Source: an uncultured candidatus Porisulfidus sp. (GTDB lineage Bacteria; Pseudomonadota; Gammaproteobacteria; Poriferisulfidales; Poriferisulfidaceae). From it: DNA of 64,000 nt. Shown piece after piece: positions 49,562 to 59,706 of the stretch (within the stretch, counting starts at the first letter, position 1; each line of letters opens with the position of its first letter). The notes beneath the pieces are model-generated. The model saw only the letters and a list, made by a program, of their open reading frames with translations, was not told the origin of the DNA and ran no database searches. The stretch covers positions 216,270-280,269 of the forward strand of contig OY764335.1 in the NCBI GenBank assembly GCA_963668445.1, given 5' to 3'. The position numbers were made by a program, and so were the translations under genes.

Positions 49562-52048
49562 ATGCTCGATTTTCTCCGGCGCGGGTACGACCATCTAGTG
49601 CTGGATGCGCCGTGGGCGGCTCTGCTGGCGCTGGCTTTGGCGGTGCTGCTGATGGCCGTGCAGGCGACCGGCTTCCGGATGGATGCCTCCTCCGATTCGC
49701 TGATGCTGGAGGACGACCAGGATCTGCGCTACTACCGGACCGTAACGGCCCGCTACGGCAGCCAAGATTTCCTGTTTGTGACCTTCCGCCCGCCGGGGCC
49801 AATGCTGGCGGACGAGACGCTCGAACGACTGGAGGCCTTGCAAACGGACTTGGAGAAGTTGCCGTTCATCACCGAGGTCGTCAGCATCATGGACGTGCCG
49901 CTGCTGGTGTCGCCGCCCATCGAATTCTCGGAACTAGGGCACAAGAACCGCATGCTGGGCGATGCCGGGACGGACCGGGATTTGGCGTTGCAGGAACTGA
50001 CGAGCAGTCCGTTCTACAGCGACATGCTGATGAGCCTCGACGGGCGCACCACGGCGCTGGTCGCCACGCTGGAGCAGGATGCGGAGGAGGAGGCCCTGTT
50101 CCGCGAACGCACGCGGCTGCGCAACGCCCGCTACGACGGCGAACTGGATGCGGAAGGCGAAGCGCGCCTGGCCGAGGTGTCGGCACGCTATGCGGTCCAT
50201 GCGGCCGAACTGGTCGAGCAGCGCGCCCGCAACATTGCCGCTGTGCGCGCCGTGCTGGACCGGCACCGGGATTCGGCGCGCATCTTTTTGGGCGGCGTCG
50301 CCATGATCGCGGCGGACATGATCGCGTTCGTCGAGAGCGACCTGAGGATGTTCGGCGCGACCGTGTTCGTGTTTCTGATCGGCATGCTGGCGGTGATCTT
50401 CCGGCGCTGGCGGTGGGTGGCGCTGCCGTTGGGCGGCTGCGCGGCGGCCGTGGTCATGATGATGGGCTTGCTGGCGCTGGCGAACTGGCCAGTGACGGTC
50501 ATTTCCTCCAATTTCGTTGCGTTGCTGCTGATCATCACGATGTCCATGACCATTCATCTGGTGGTGCGTTTCCGAGAACTGCAGGCGCGGGAGCCCGAGG
50601 CGGATCTTCGCGAATTGGTGGCGCGGACGGTGCATTTCATGTTCGTTCCGATCTTGTACGCCGCGCTGACCACGATGGTGGCCTTCGCGTCTCTGCTCAT
50701 CAGCGGCATCCGGCCGGTCATCGACTTCGGCTACATGATGACGGCGGGCGTGGCGATGGCGCTGGGCGTGATCTTCCTGATGTTTCCGGCCGTGCTGGTG
50801 CTACTGCCTCGTACGCGCGGCGAAGAGCGCGATTTCACCCGCGGCGTGACGCTGGCATTCGCTGGGCTGACCGAACGCCATCGCCGGCCGATTCTGGGGC
50901 TGGCGGCGCTGCTGGCGGTCGGCAGCGCGTTCGGTGTCGCCCGGCTGGGCGTGGAGAACCGGTTCATCGACTACTTCGACCCCGGCACCGAGATCTATCA
51001 GGGCATGCTGGAGATCGACCGGCATTTGGGCGGCACCACGCCGCTGGACGTCATTCTGGAAGCGGACCCAGAAGCGCAGGCCGTGGCGCTTGACGAAGAA
51101 GACTTCTACGCGGACTTCGATGACGAGGAGACAGAGGAAGCGGCCGGCTACTGGTTCAACTCGCTGCGCCTGCGCGAACTGCGGCGCGTGCATGACTGGC
51201 TGGACGCCCAGCCGGAGATCGGCAAGGTGCTGTCGCTGGATACCGTGGTGCGCATGGCTGAAAGCGTCAACGATGGCGACCCGCTGGACGATCTGAAGCT
51301 CAGCGTGCTGCGCGAAGGGCTGGCGCATCTGCCGGAGAATCTGCACAACGTGCTGGTGCGGCCGTACCTATCCGACGACGGCAATACGCTGCGCCTGACG
51401 CTGCGCGTGATCGATTCCGATGCGCAGTTGCGTCGCGCCGAGTTGCTGGAGCGGGCCGACCGGTTTCTGCGCGAAGAGCTGGGCTATGCGGAGGCGCGCT
51501 ACCGCCTGAGCGGCCTTCTGGTGCTATACAACAACGTGCTGCAGAGCCTGTTCGCATCGCAGATTCTGACCATCGGGTTCGTGTTTCTGGCGATTCTTGG
51601 GATGTTTCTGGTGCTGTTCCGGTCGCTGCGGCTGTCGCTGATCGCCATCCTGCCGAACATGCTGCCGGCGCTGCTGGTGCTGGGCGCTATGGGCTGGCTG
51701 GGCATTCCGCTGGACCTGATGACGATCACCATCGCGGCGATCAGCGTAGGCATCGCGGTGGACAATACCATCCATTACATCGTGCGCTTCCGGCGCGAGT
51801 TCGCGGCCGACGGCGATTATCTAGCGACGATGCGGCGTTGCCACGGCAGCATCGGCCGCGCCATGTACTACACCTCGCTGACGATTGTCGTCGGGTTTTC
51901 GATTCTGATGCTGTCGAATTTCACGCCGACGTTCTATTTCGGGCTGTTCACCGGGCTGGCCATGCTGACCGCGCTGGTGGCGTCGCTGACGCTGCTGCCG
52001 TCCATGCTGCTGACGCTGCGCCCGCTCGGCCCGGGGCGGGTGGGGTAG
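49562..52048 (+). CDS. MMPL/RND family lipid transporter
   Basis: Two periplasmic domain + TM repeats; ALTTMVAF, GIAVDNTIH. Confidence 0.92.
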   Translation: MLDFLRRGYDHLVLDAPWAALLALALAVLLMAVQATGFRMDASSDSLMLEDDQDLRYYRTVTARYGSQDFLFVTFRPPGPMLADETLERLEALQTDLEKLPFITEVVSIMDVPLLVSPPIEFSELGHKNRMLGDAGTDRDLALQELTSSPFYSDMLMSLDGRTTALVATLEQDAEEEALFRERTRLRNARYDGELDAEGEARLAEVSARYAVHAAELVEQRARNIAAVRAVLDRHRDSARIFLGGVAMIAADMIAFVESDLRMFGATVFVFLIGMLAVIFRRWRWVALPLGGCAAAVVMMMGLLALANWPVTVISSNFVALLLIITMSMTIHLVVRFRELQAREPEADLRELVARTVHFMFVPILYAALTTMVAFASLLISGIRPVIDFGYMMTAGVAMALGVIFLMFPAVLVLLPRTRGEERDFTRGVTLAFAGLTERHRRPILGLAALLAVGSAFGVARLGVENRFIDYFDPGTEIYQGMLEIDRHLGGTTPLDVILEADPEAQAVALDEEDFYADFDDEETEEAAGYWFNSLRLRELRRVHDWLDAQPEIGKVLSLDTVVRMAESVNDGDPLDDLKLSVLREGLAHLPENLHNVLVRPYLSDDGNTLRLTLRVIDSDAQLRRAELLERADRFLREELGYAEARYRLSGLLVLYNNVLQSLFASQILTIGFVFLAILGMFLVLFRSLRLSLIAILPNMLPALLVLGAMGWLGIPLDLMTITIAAISVGIAVDNTIHYIVRFRREFAADGDYLATMRRCHGSIGRAMYYTSLTIVVGFSILMLSNFTPTFYFGLFTGLAMLTALVASLTLLPSMLLTLRPLGPGRVG

Positions 52049-52126
52049 CGGTGATTTGTGCGGAGTGGGGCTGCGGTTGGTTGTGGTATAGTTGGCCTAT
52101 TCGCAGTTGCACCGTGGAGTATTCCT

Positions 52127-54838
52127 ATGCGCACTATCGTCAAGCATGCGCTCGTATTGCAAATACTCGGGGGGATTATCGCAGGGGCGTCGGCATCGGC
52201 TTGGGCTGCCGATGAAGAGCTGGAGCACGTCACCGTCATCGGCACGCGAAGCCACGACCGCTCGGCTCCCGATTTGGCAGTCCCGGTGGATGTGGTCGAC
52301 GGGGCCAGCCTCATGCGGCAAGGCGGAACGCGGATGGATTCGATGCTGTCGACCATCGTGCCGTCCTACAACGTCACCAGCAAGCCGATCGCCGATGCGG
52401 CGACGCTGGTGCGTCCGGCGAACATGCGCGGCCTGCCGCCGGATTCCACGCTGGTGCTGGTCAACGGCAAGCGCCGGCATCGCGCTTCCGTCATCACGTT
52501 CTTGGGCGAAGGCATTTCGGACGGCTCGCATGGCGCCGACATCTCCGCCATTCCTGCCATTGCGCTGGACCGCGTGGAAGTCTTGCGCGACGGCGCGGCG
52601 GCGCAGTACGGCTCCGATGCGATCGCAGGCATTCTGAACTTCGTCCTGAAGGACGCGTCGGAAGGCGGCACGCTGGAAGCGCGCTGGGGCCAGTACTATT
52701 ACGGCGACGGCGAGAATGCGACCATTTCCGCGAATATCGGCCTGTCGCTGACGGAGCGCGGCTTCCTGAACCTCAGCGCCGAATACAACGAAGCGGATCC
52801 GACCAGCCGCAGTGTGCAGCGCGACGACGCAAAGGCCTTGATTGCGGCGGGCAATACGGATGTGCGGATGCCGAAGGCGCAGATTTGGGGGGCGCCGGAG
52901 ATCGACGACGACTACAAGCTGTTCGCGAACGCGGGCATCGATCTTGCCGACAACGCCGAATTGTATTCCTTCGGAAGCTATGCGGAGCGGACCGTCGAAG
53001 GCGGCTTCTTCTTCCGTAGCCCAAATGACCGGCTTGGCGTGTTCACGATTGAGGGTTCTGATGGAAATCACCAGTATCTTCTGATTAATCCGACTGGAGG
53101 CGACTGCCCGGGCACTCCAAACACTGCCCTCAATGATGATGGTCGTCCGGCTTCCGGCAACTACAATGCCAATTGCGTTTCGTTCCATCAGGGCTTTCCG
53201 GGCGGCTTCACGCCGCAGTTCGGTGCCGATATCGAGGACAAGAGCATTGCGCTTGGCTTTCGCGGCGAGACGGCGGGCGGGCTGACATACGATGTCAGCG
53301 CCGTGTGGGGCGAGCACGAGTCCGATTTCTACATGGAGAACACCATCAATCCGCAGTTGTTGGGGAAGGCCGGCGTGACGGTGCATAACATCCCGACCTC
53401 CTACGATCCGGGCGCCTACATTGAGACCGACTACACGATCAATCTGGATTTCACGAAGGAGTTCGATATCGAGGGGCTGCATTCGCCGCTGCACGTCGGC
53501 TTCGGAGTGGAGCATCGGGAGGAGGAATTCGAGACCGTGGCCGGGGACGAGAATTCCACGTATGTCGCTTTGGACGCTCAGAATAATCCCCTGTTTCCGA
53601 ATCTGGGCGTCGGCTCCAACGGCTTCGCCGGCTTCCGTCCGGAGGATGCGGGCAAGCATGATCGCTCCTCTTCCGCGGCCTATGTGGATTTCGAGGCGGA
53701 TGTGACCGAGAGACTCCTAGTCAACCTTGCGGGACGCCATGAGGATCCGGAACAGTTTGATTCCACGACAGATGGGAAATTCGCGTTGCGCTATCAGGCG
53801 ACCGACGAATTGGCCCTACGCGGCTCCGCCAGCACCGGCTTCCGGGTGCCGACGGTCGGGCAGGCCAATGTGCGTAACACGACGACCGAGTTTACGGGCG
53901 GTGTGCTGTCGGATTCGCTGACGCTGCCGGTGACGCATCCCGCACTGGTCGCACTTGGGGCCGGTCGGCCTCTGGAGGCCGAGGAGTCCGTCAGCTACGG
54001 GGTGGGGGCCGTCATCAATTCGGGAGACCTGAGCATCACCATCGACTACTACCGCATTGAAGTCGATGACCGAATCGCCCAAGTGTCCAAAGCGAACATG
54101 GACTGCCTGATTTTGAAATCGCTAGGTACGCTACCGCCGCATATTGAGTCCAGCAAGGTCGCGGCGATGAAATGCCATTCGCTGGTCGAAGCGGATGAAG
54201 ACCTAATCTCGGGTGATAAGGGACGGGATTCGGATAACGATAATGAAACCGCCTCAGCAATTAATGCAAAGCGCGACGATCTTTTCGCGGCCGGCGTGAA
54301 GGATATCCATAGCATCACTTCTGCGACGTGGTTTTCCAACGAATTCGATACCACGACGGAAGGCATCGACATCGTGGCGACCTATCCGATGGCCATGTTT
54401 GGCGGCCTGACCGATTTGACGCTGGCGGCGAACTACAATCGGACCGAAGTGGACAAGCGCAATCCGGACAATATCGACAACAAGAAGGTGCATCAGTTGG
54501 AAGAAGCCCTGCCGAATTTGCGCATGACGCTGACCGCAGACCATACGAACGGGCCGTGGCGGATTTTGGCGCGGGCCCGCTACTATGGCGAGCATATCGA
54601 ATACCATGCCAACGACAAAGACCGCTTCGTGCGCCCCGAAGCGCGCTGGGTGCATGATCTGGAGGTTTCCTACAGGTTTTCGGAACAGTTCGATTTCATT
54701 ATCGGCGCGGAGAACATCTTCGATGAGGAACCGACGCTCAATCCCTACGCGGGCGTTGCCGGTTCCGAATACACGGAGAACCCCGCGTTCGATTTCAACG
54801 GCGGCTTCTACTACGTGAAGGCCCGCCTGAACTTCTGA
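52127..54838 (+). CDS. TonB-dependent outer-membrane receptor
   Basis: Signal peptide, TonB box EHVTVIG, LVLVNGKRRH, RVEVLRDGAAAQYGSDAIAG, terminal Phe. Confidence 0.96.
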   Translation: MRTIVKHALVLQILGGIIAGASASAWAADEELEHVTVIGTRSHDRSAPDLAVPVDVVDGASLMRQGGTRMDSMLSTIVPSYNVTSKPIADAATLVRPANMRGLPPDSTLVLVNGKRRHRASVITFLGEGISDGSHGADISAIPAIALDRVEVLRDGAAAQYGSDAIAGILNFVLKDASEGGTLEARWGQYYYGDGENATISANIGLSLTERGFLNLSAEYNEADPTSRSVQRDDAKALIAAGNTDVRMPKAQIWGAPEIDDDYKLFANAGIDLADNAELYSFGSYAERTVEGGFFFRSPNDRLGVFTIEGSDGNHQYLLINPTGGDCPGTPNTALNDDGRPASGNYNANCVSFHQGFPGGFTPQFGADIEDKSIALGFRGETAGGLTYDVSAVWGEHESDFYMENTINPQLLGKAGVTVHNIPTSYDPGAYIETDYTINLDFTKEFDIEGLHSPLHVGFGVEHREEEFETVAGDENSTYVALDAQNNPLFPNLGVGSNGFAGFRPEDAGKHDRSSSAAYVDFEADVTERLLVNLAGRHEDPEQFDSTTDGKFALRYQATDELALRGSASTGFRVPTVGQANVRNTTTEFTGGVLSDSLTLPVTHPALVALGAGRPLEAEESVSYGVGAVINSGDLSITIDYYRIEVDDRIAQVSKANMDCLILKSLGTLPPHIESSKVAAMKCHSLVEADEDLISGDKGRDSDNDNETASAINAKRDDLFAAGVKDIHSITSATWFSNEFDTTTEGIDIVATYPMAMFGGLTDLTLAANYNRTEVDKRNPDNIDNKKVHQLEEALPNLRMTLTADHTNGPWRILARARYYGEHIEYHANDKDRFVRPEARWVHDLEVSYRFSEQFDFIIGAENIFDEEPTLNPYAGVAGSEYTENPAFDFNGGFYYVKARLNF

Positions 54839-54853
54839 CAGGCTCCAAAGTGC

Positions 54854-54891
54854 AGGGGGGATTCGGTCGGCCGCCGGCCGCCGAAGCCCCT
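54854..54891. terminator. GC-rich imperfect hairpin between convergent genes
   Basis: GGGG-TTCGG-CGGCC / GGCCG-CCGAA-CCCC; no clear U-tract. Confidence 0.45.
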
Positions 54892-54961
54892 CGGTCTCCT
54901 AAAACATTGAAAATAAAGGATAAATTATCCTGATCAACGAGATCGTGCGGCCGCGGCTGCG

Positions 54962-55267
54962 CTATTCGCTGCTCCGGAAGCCGTAGTGGCGCATGTCGAG
55001 GTAGTCGCGCATCGCACGCACCTGCGCTTCCGACCAGTCGAGTTTGGCGCCGCGGCGGCAATGATCGACGCGCTGCTGCAATTGATCGAGGTCGGCGACC
55101 AAGCCGTCTTGGCGCCGGTACAACACGCTGCCGTCGCCGCCGGTGATGCGGGCATGGCAGGCTACGCAATGCGTTTGATGTACACTTTCCGACTCGAACG
55201 CGAACGCGTCCTGCCCGAGCGGCAGGCCGAGCGCCGCCGCCAGCAGTACGCGCTTCCCGACCGCCAT
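54962..55267 (-). CDS. Periplasmic monoheme cytochrome c
   Basis: Signal peptide ending AFA; CVACH; later lone Cys and W..YL..HY motif. Confidence 0.85.
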   Translation of the reverse strand: MAVGKRVLLAAALGLPLGQDAFAFESESVHQTHCVACHARITGGDGSVLYRRQDGLVADLDQLQQRVDHCRRGAKLDWSEAQVRAMRDYLDMRHYGFRSSE

Positions 55268-55820
55268 GCCTAAGGACACCCGCCTGATCTGGATCGACAT
55301 GGAGATGACCGGGTTGGATCCTGGCGCCGACCGGATTCTGGAATTGGCCACGGTGGTCACCGATTCAGACTTGAACGTGCTGGCCGTCGGGCCCGAACTG
55401 GTCGTGCATCAACCCGAGGCGCAGTTGGCGGCGATGGACGCTTGGAACACGAAGCACCATGGTGCTTCCGGCCTGACGGAAGCGGTGCGCCGTTCCGCGC
55501 TCGACGAGGCGCAGGCCGAACGCGCGACCTTGGATTTTCTGGCGCAGCATGTCGCGCCGGGCGCTTCGCCCATGTGCGGCAACAGCATCTGCCAAGACCG
55601 CCGGTTTCTGGCGCGCTGGATGCCGGAACTGGAGCGGTTCTTCCATTACCGGAATCTGGATGTCAGCACGCTCAAGGAGCTGGCGCGGCGCTGGATGCCG
55701 GAGCAGGTGCCGGACGTGGCCAAGCATTCCGCGCATCGGGCGCTGGAGGATATCTACGAGTCCATCCATGAGTTGGCGCATTATCGCACGCACATATTCC
55801 GGCATGGCGCGGATTCATGA
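55266..55820 (+). CDS. orn: Oligoribonuclease
   Basis: [36 protein letters not shown]. Confidence 0.97.
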   Translation: MPKDTRLIWIDMEMTGLDPGADRILELATVVTDSDLNVLAVGPELVVHQPEAQLAAMDAWNTKHHGASGLTEAVRRSALDEAQAERATLDFLAQHVAPGASPMCGNSICQDRRFLARWMPELERFFHYRNLDVSTLKELARRWMPEQVPDVAKHSAHRALEDIYESIHELAHYRTHIFRHGADS

Positions 55821-57422
55821 GGCGCCCCGGCCGGCCTCGGGCTGCAGCACCGTATCGCGCCCGGCCATCGCCGCGTCCGCTTGCGGGTAGTCCAGCGTGT
55901 AGTGCAGGCCGCGGCTTTCCCGGCGCTGCAGGGCGCAGCGGATGATCAGTTCTGCGACCTGCGCCAGATTGCGCAGTTCGATCAGGTCGCGGGTGATGCG
56001 GAAGTCGCGGTAGTAGTCGTTGATTTCTTCGCGCAGCAGGGCGCAGCGCCGCTGCGCCCGCTCCAGCCGCTTGGTCGAGCGCACGATGCCGACGTAGTCC
56101 CACATGAAGCGGCGCAGTTCGTCCCAGTTGTGGGCGACCACCACCTCCTCGTCCGAGTCCGAGACCTGGCTTTCGTCCCATGGCGCCATGTCGGGCAGTG
56201 GCGCGCCGCGGTCCAGCGTCCGGTTGACATGCGCGCTGGCGGCATGCGCGAATACCAGGCATTCGAGCAGCGAGTTGCTGGCCATGCGGTTGGCGCCGTG
56301 CAGGCCGGTATGGGCCACCTCGCCGATGGCGTACAGCCCCGGGAGGTCGGTGCAGCCATGCAGATCGGTGACGACGCCGCCGCAGGTGTAGTGCGCCGCC
56401 GGCACGACCGGGATCGGCTGGCGCGTGATGTCGATGCCGAAGGCAAGGCAGCGGGCGTGGGTGTTCGGGAAGGCGGCGCGGAGCTCGCCGGCCGGCCGAT
56501 GGCTGATATCGAGATGCACGTAGTCGAGGCCGATGCGCTTCATTTCGTGGTCGATGGCGCGGGCCACAATATCGCGCGGCGCCAAGGCGCCGCGGGCGTC
56601 GAAGCGCGGCATGAACTCTTCGCCGCTTCCGGGCAGCCGTAGTTTCGCGCCTTCGCCGCGCAGCGCTTCGGTTATCAGGAACGAGCGGGCCCGAGGATCG
56701 TACAGGCAGGTCGGGTGGAACTGGATGAACTCCAGATTGGCGACGCGGCAGCCGGCGCGCCACGCCATGGCGAGCCCGTCGCCGGACGACGTGTCCGGGT
56801 TGGAGGTGTACAGATAGACCTTGCTGGCGCCGCCGGTCGCGAGCAGCACGCAGCGCGCCCGGAAGGCTTCCACGCGGCCGGTGCGGGTGTCTTGCGCGTA
56901 CAGGCCGACGCAGCGGCGTACGCCGCCGTGCGCAGCAAGGATCAGGTCCACGGCGATGCAATGGCTGCGCCATTGCACATTGGGGCGTCGGCGCACCTGC
57001 GCTGTCAGCATGTCTTGGATGGCGCGACCGGTATGGTCGGCGACGTGCGCGACACGGCGGCGGCTGTGGCCGCCTTCGCGCGTCAAGTGCAACTGGCCGG
57101 ATGGCGGATGCGGAGTGAAGTCGACGCCTTGCTCCTGCAGCCAGCGGATCATGGTGCCGCCGCGGTCCACCACATGCCGCACCACGGCTTCCCGGCACAG
57201 CCCGTCGCCGGTCTGCATGGTGTCGCGAATGTGCAGGGCGGCCGAGTCGGAGTCGTCCAGCGCCGCGGAGACTCCGCCCTGGGCGTAGGCGGTCGCGCTT
57301 TCCGTCGGAGCTTCCTTGCAAAGGATCGTCGCACGCAGCTGCGGATCGAGTTCCAGCGCCGCACACAGGCCGGCGGCGCCGCTGCCGAGGATCAGAACGT
57401 CGGCATCATGGGGCGGGGGCAC
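55815..57422 (-). CDS. nadB: L-aspartate oxidase
   Basis: [41 protein letters not shown]. Confidence 0.97.
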   Translation of the reverse strand: MPPPHDADVLILGSGAAGLCAALELDPQLRATILCKEAPTESATAYAQGGVSAALDDSDSAALHIRDTMQTGDGLCREAVVRHVVDRGGTMIRWLQEQGVDFTPHPPSGQLHLTREGGHSRRRVAHVADHTGRAIQDMLTAQVRRRPNVQWRSHCIAVDLILAAHGGVRRCVGLYAQDTRTGRVEAFRARCVLLATGGASKVYLYTSNPDTSSGDGLAMAWRAGCRVANLEFIQFHPTCLYDPRARSFLITEALRGEGAKLRLPGSGEEFMPRFDARGALAPRDIVARAIDHEMKRIGLDYVHLDISHRPAGELRAAFPNTHARCLAFGIDITRQPIPVVPAAHYTCGGVVTDLHGCTDLPGLYAIGEVAHTGLHGANRMASNSLLECLVFAHAASAHVNRTLDRGAPLPDMAPWDESQVSDSDEEVVVAHNWDELRRFMWDYVGIVRSTKRLERAQRRCALLREEINDYYRDFRITRDLIELRNLAQVAELIIRCALQRRESRGLHYTLDYPQADAAMAGRDTVLQPEAGRGAS

Positions 57423-57480
57423 GTCGGGCAGAGGGTCCGGGCGGAAAGCAGGGATTATAATGGGCGCGGACGGTAGGGAT

Positions 57481-57507
57481 GAACTATTTATGTGCGAGCG
57501 TGTCGGA
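57481..57507 (+). promoter_or_regulatory. Putative sigmaE autoregulatory promoter
   Basis: GAACTA, 16-nt spacer, TCGGA; resembles the sigmaE/AlgU GAACTT-N16-TCxxA consensus. Confidence 0.6.
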
Positions 57508-57515
57508 TATGCATC

Positions 57516-58118
57516 ATGGATGGCGAAGTGGCCGCCGGGGGCATTGTGAGCGACCGTAGCGACCGGATGCTGGTGCGGCGCGCGAAGGCGGGCGAAATCG
57601 GCGCGTTCGATATTCTGGTCGAAAAATACCAGAACCGGATTCTGCATCTGATCACCCGCTACGTGTCCGATCGCAGCGCCGTGCATGATGTCGCACAGGA
57701 GACGTTCATCAAGGCGTGGCAGGGCATCCGCCGGTTTCGCGGCGAGAGCCAGTTCTACACGTGGCTGTTCCGCATTGCCGTCAACACGGCCAAGAATTAC
57801 CTGACGGCCAGCCGGCGGCGAAGCGAGCAGCCGTTGCCGCAAGAGTCCGACGACGAACAGGCCGCCGTCGATTTGCCGAGCGAAGCTGGCACCCCCGAAC
57901 AGGAAGCGCATGCCGGCGAAATCGAAGCGGCGGTGAACCAAGCCATTTCCGAATTGTCGGAAGAGTTACGCGTGGCCATTACGCTACGTGAGTTGGAAGG
58001 CATGAGTTACGACGAGATCGCCTACATCATGAAGTGCCCGGTCGGCACCGTGCGGTCGCGCATTTTCCGGGCGCGCGAAGCGATCGACGAAAAGCTGGAG
58101 CCGTTGCTGCGAGATTGA
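57516..58118 (+). CDS. rpoE: ECF sigma factor RpoE (start may be GTG 57546)
   Basis: DVAQETFIKA, FYTWLFRIAVNTAKN, CPVGTVRSRIFRAR. Confidence 0.97.
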   Translation: MDGEVAAGGIVSDRSDRMLVRRAKAGEIGAFDILVEKYQNRILHLITRYVSDRSAVHDVAQETFIKAWQGIRRFRGESQFYTWLFRIAVNTAKNYLTASRRRSEQPLPQESDDEQAAVDLPSEAGTPEQEAHAGEIEAAVNQAISELSEELRVAITLRELEGMSYDEIAYIMKCPVGTVRSRIFRAREAIDEKLEPLLRD

Positions 58119-58135
58119 GGATGAAGGAACAGGCC

Positions 58136-58699
58136 ATGACTGCGGAGACGATGGGAGAAGATGCGCCGACGAATGTCGGCCACGAGTGGGCCTCCGCCTA
58201 TCTCGACGACGAGATGACGCCCGTCGAGCGGCATCAGAGTACGCGGCGGCTGTGTCTCGAGCCGGAGGCGCGGCTGCGGCTGGGGCGCTACCAGTTGATC
58301 GGCGACGCGATTCGCGGCGACCTGCCGGAGCATCTGGAGATTGGCTTCGCGAGGCAGGTGCTTCAGGTACTGGCGCGAAAGCAGGAGCAGGCCGCGTCCG
58401 GCCGGCATTGGAGTTTGCGCGAACTGTGGTACTGGCTTTGGCACCCGGGGCCGTCGGTGGCGCTGAGCGGCGCCTTGAGCGTGCTGGCGATTGCCGGGCT
58501 GTGGTTCTATATGGATGGCATGCCGGAGGAGGCCTCGAGGGTGGAGGCGGGGGCGCATGTGGTGCCGATGTCTGTGGAAGCGGCGGCTCAGGCGCAAGAG
58601 CGCCAGCGCATGCTGCACGGCTATCTCGCGGCGCACGCGCAGACGGCCGCACCGCCGGCCATGATTCCGTACATCCAGTTGGTGGATTATGCCGAATAG
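58136..58699 (+). CDS. rseA: Anti-sigmaE factor RseA/MucA
   Basis: SAYLDDE, RYQLIGDAIRG, one TM, YLAAH. Confidence 0.88.
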   Translation: MTAETMGEDAPTNVGHEWASAYLDDEMTPVERHQSTRRLCLEPEARLRLGRYQLIGDAIRGDLPEHLEIGFARQVLQVLARKQEQAASGRHWSLRELWYWLWHPGPSVALSGALSVLAIAGLWFYMDGMPEEASRVEAGAHVVPMSVEAAAQAQERQRMLHGYLAAHAQTAAPPAMIPYIQLVDYAE

Positions 58700-59660
58700 T
58701 CGCAGGTGGTGGGCGCTTCTGGCGCTGCTGCTGGGTCCGGGGGTGGCGGCCGACGGTTTTGGGGACGACCCGGCGGTTTGGCTGCAACGGGCCGGCGAGG
58801 CTTCCGAGCGCACAAATTTCGCCGGGACGCTGGCGTTTCTGCGCGGACCGGAGATGCGGACCATGCGCATTCAGCAGGGCTTCGACGGGCAGCGCATGCA
58901 TCAGCGGCTGCTGTCGATGTCGGGCGAGCAATGCGAGATTTTGCGCATCGGTGAGGAATCGTCGGTCGTCTATCCGCAGCGGCGCCTGGTGTTCCGTGGG
59001 CGGTTCGATGCTGGGAAGTTACTGCCGCAATTCGGCGACCGCGGCATCTTGCTCAAACACTACGAGGCCACACTGGCGGGCCGCGACCGGGTCGCGGAAC
59101 GGGATTGCCGCGTGCTGGAGATTACACCGCGGGACCGCTATCGCTACGGTTGCGAAATGTGCGTGGATGTTGCGACGGGCCTGCCGCTGCGAATTCGCAC
59201 CCGCACGCATGCCGGGGATGTTCTGGAGCAGCACGAGTTTACCGCGCTGCATCTGTTCGATTCCATTCGCGGGTTCTCTCCGAACGCGTTCCGCCTGTTT
59301 ACCGACACGGCCGAGTTCGCCACCGTCGACATGCCGCAGGGCGAACAGCCGCCGGCGGAGCATTGGATGGTCGGTAGGCTGCCGCCGGGATTCCAAGTGC
59401 ACCGGTCGGTGGTTCGCCAGCGTGCGCGAACGCCGCTCGCCATACACCACATGGTGGTCGGGGATGCGCTGGCCAGCGTGTCGGTTTTCATCACCCGCCA
59501 GTCCGAACCGCGCGCCCGGGCGCATCGGCCGCCGCTGGCGACGGCCCGGGCGCATCACGCCTATACGACCGAGCAGAATGGCTACCAGATTACCGTCGTC
59601 GGCCAAGCGCCGGAAGAGACGATCCGAATGATTGGCGAATCGATGCGCCGGCAGCCCTGA
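58689..59660 (+). CDS. rseB: RseB/MucB periplasmic regulator
   Basis: NFAGT, PRDRYRYG, LPPGF, DALASVSVFI, VVGQAP. Confidence 0.9.
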   Translation: MPNSRRWWALLALLLGPGVAADGFGDDPAVWLQRAGEASERTNFAGTLAFLRGPEMRTMRIQQGFDGQRMHQRLLSMSGEQCEILRIGEESSVVYPQRRLVFRGRFDAGKLLPQFGDRGILLKHYEATLAGRDRVAERDCRVLEITPRDRYRYGCEMCVDVATGLPLRIRTRTHAGDVLEQHEFTALHLFDSIRGFSPNAFRLFTDTAEFATVDMPQGEQPPAEHWMVGRLPPGFQVHRSVVRQRARTPLAIHHMVVGDALASVSVFITRQSEPRARAHRPPLATARAHHAYTTEQNGYQITVVGQAPEETIRMIGESMRRQP

Positions 59661-59706
59661 CCGGCGCGCTTTTACTCAGGACTTGTTGCATCTCATGCGG
59701 AGGCTT

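Noticed and set aside
52049..52126. Riboswitch or Fur box before the TonB receptor
   Set aside because: The spacer is only ~78 nt with an extended -10 and RBS; no cobalamin/TPP motif or GATAATGAT-like box
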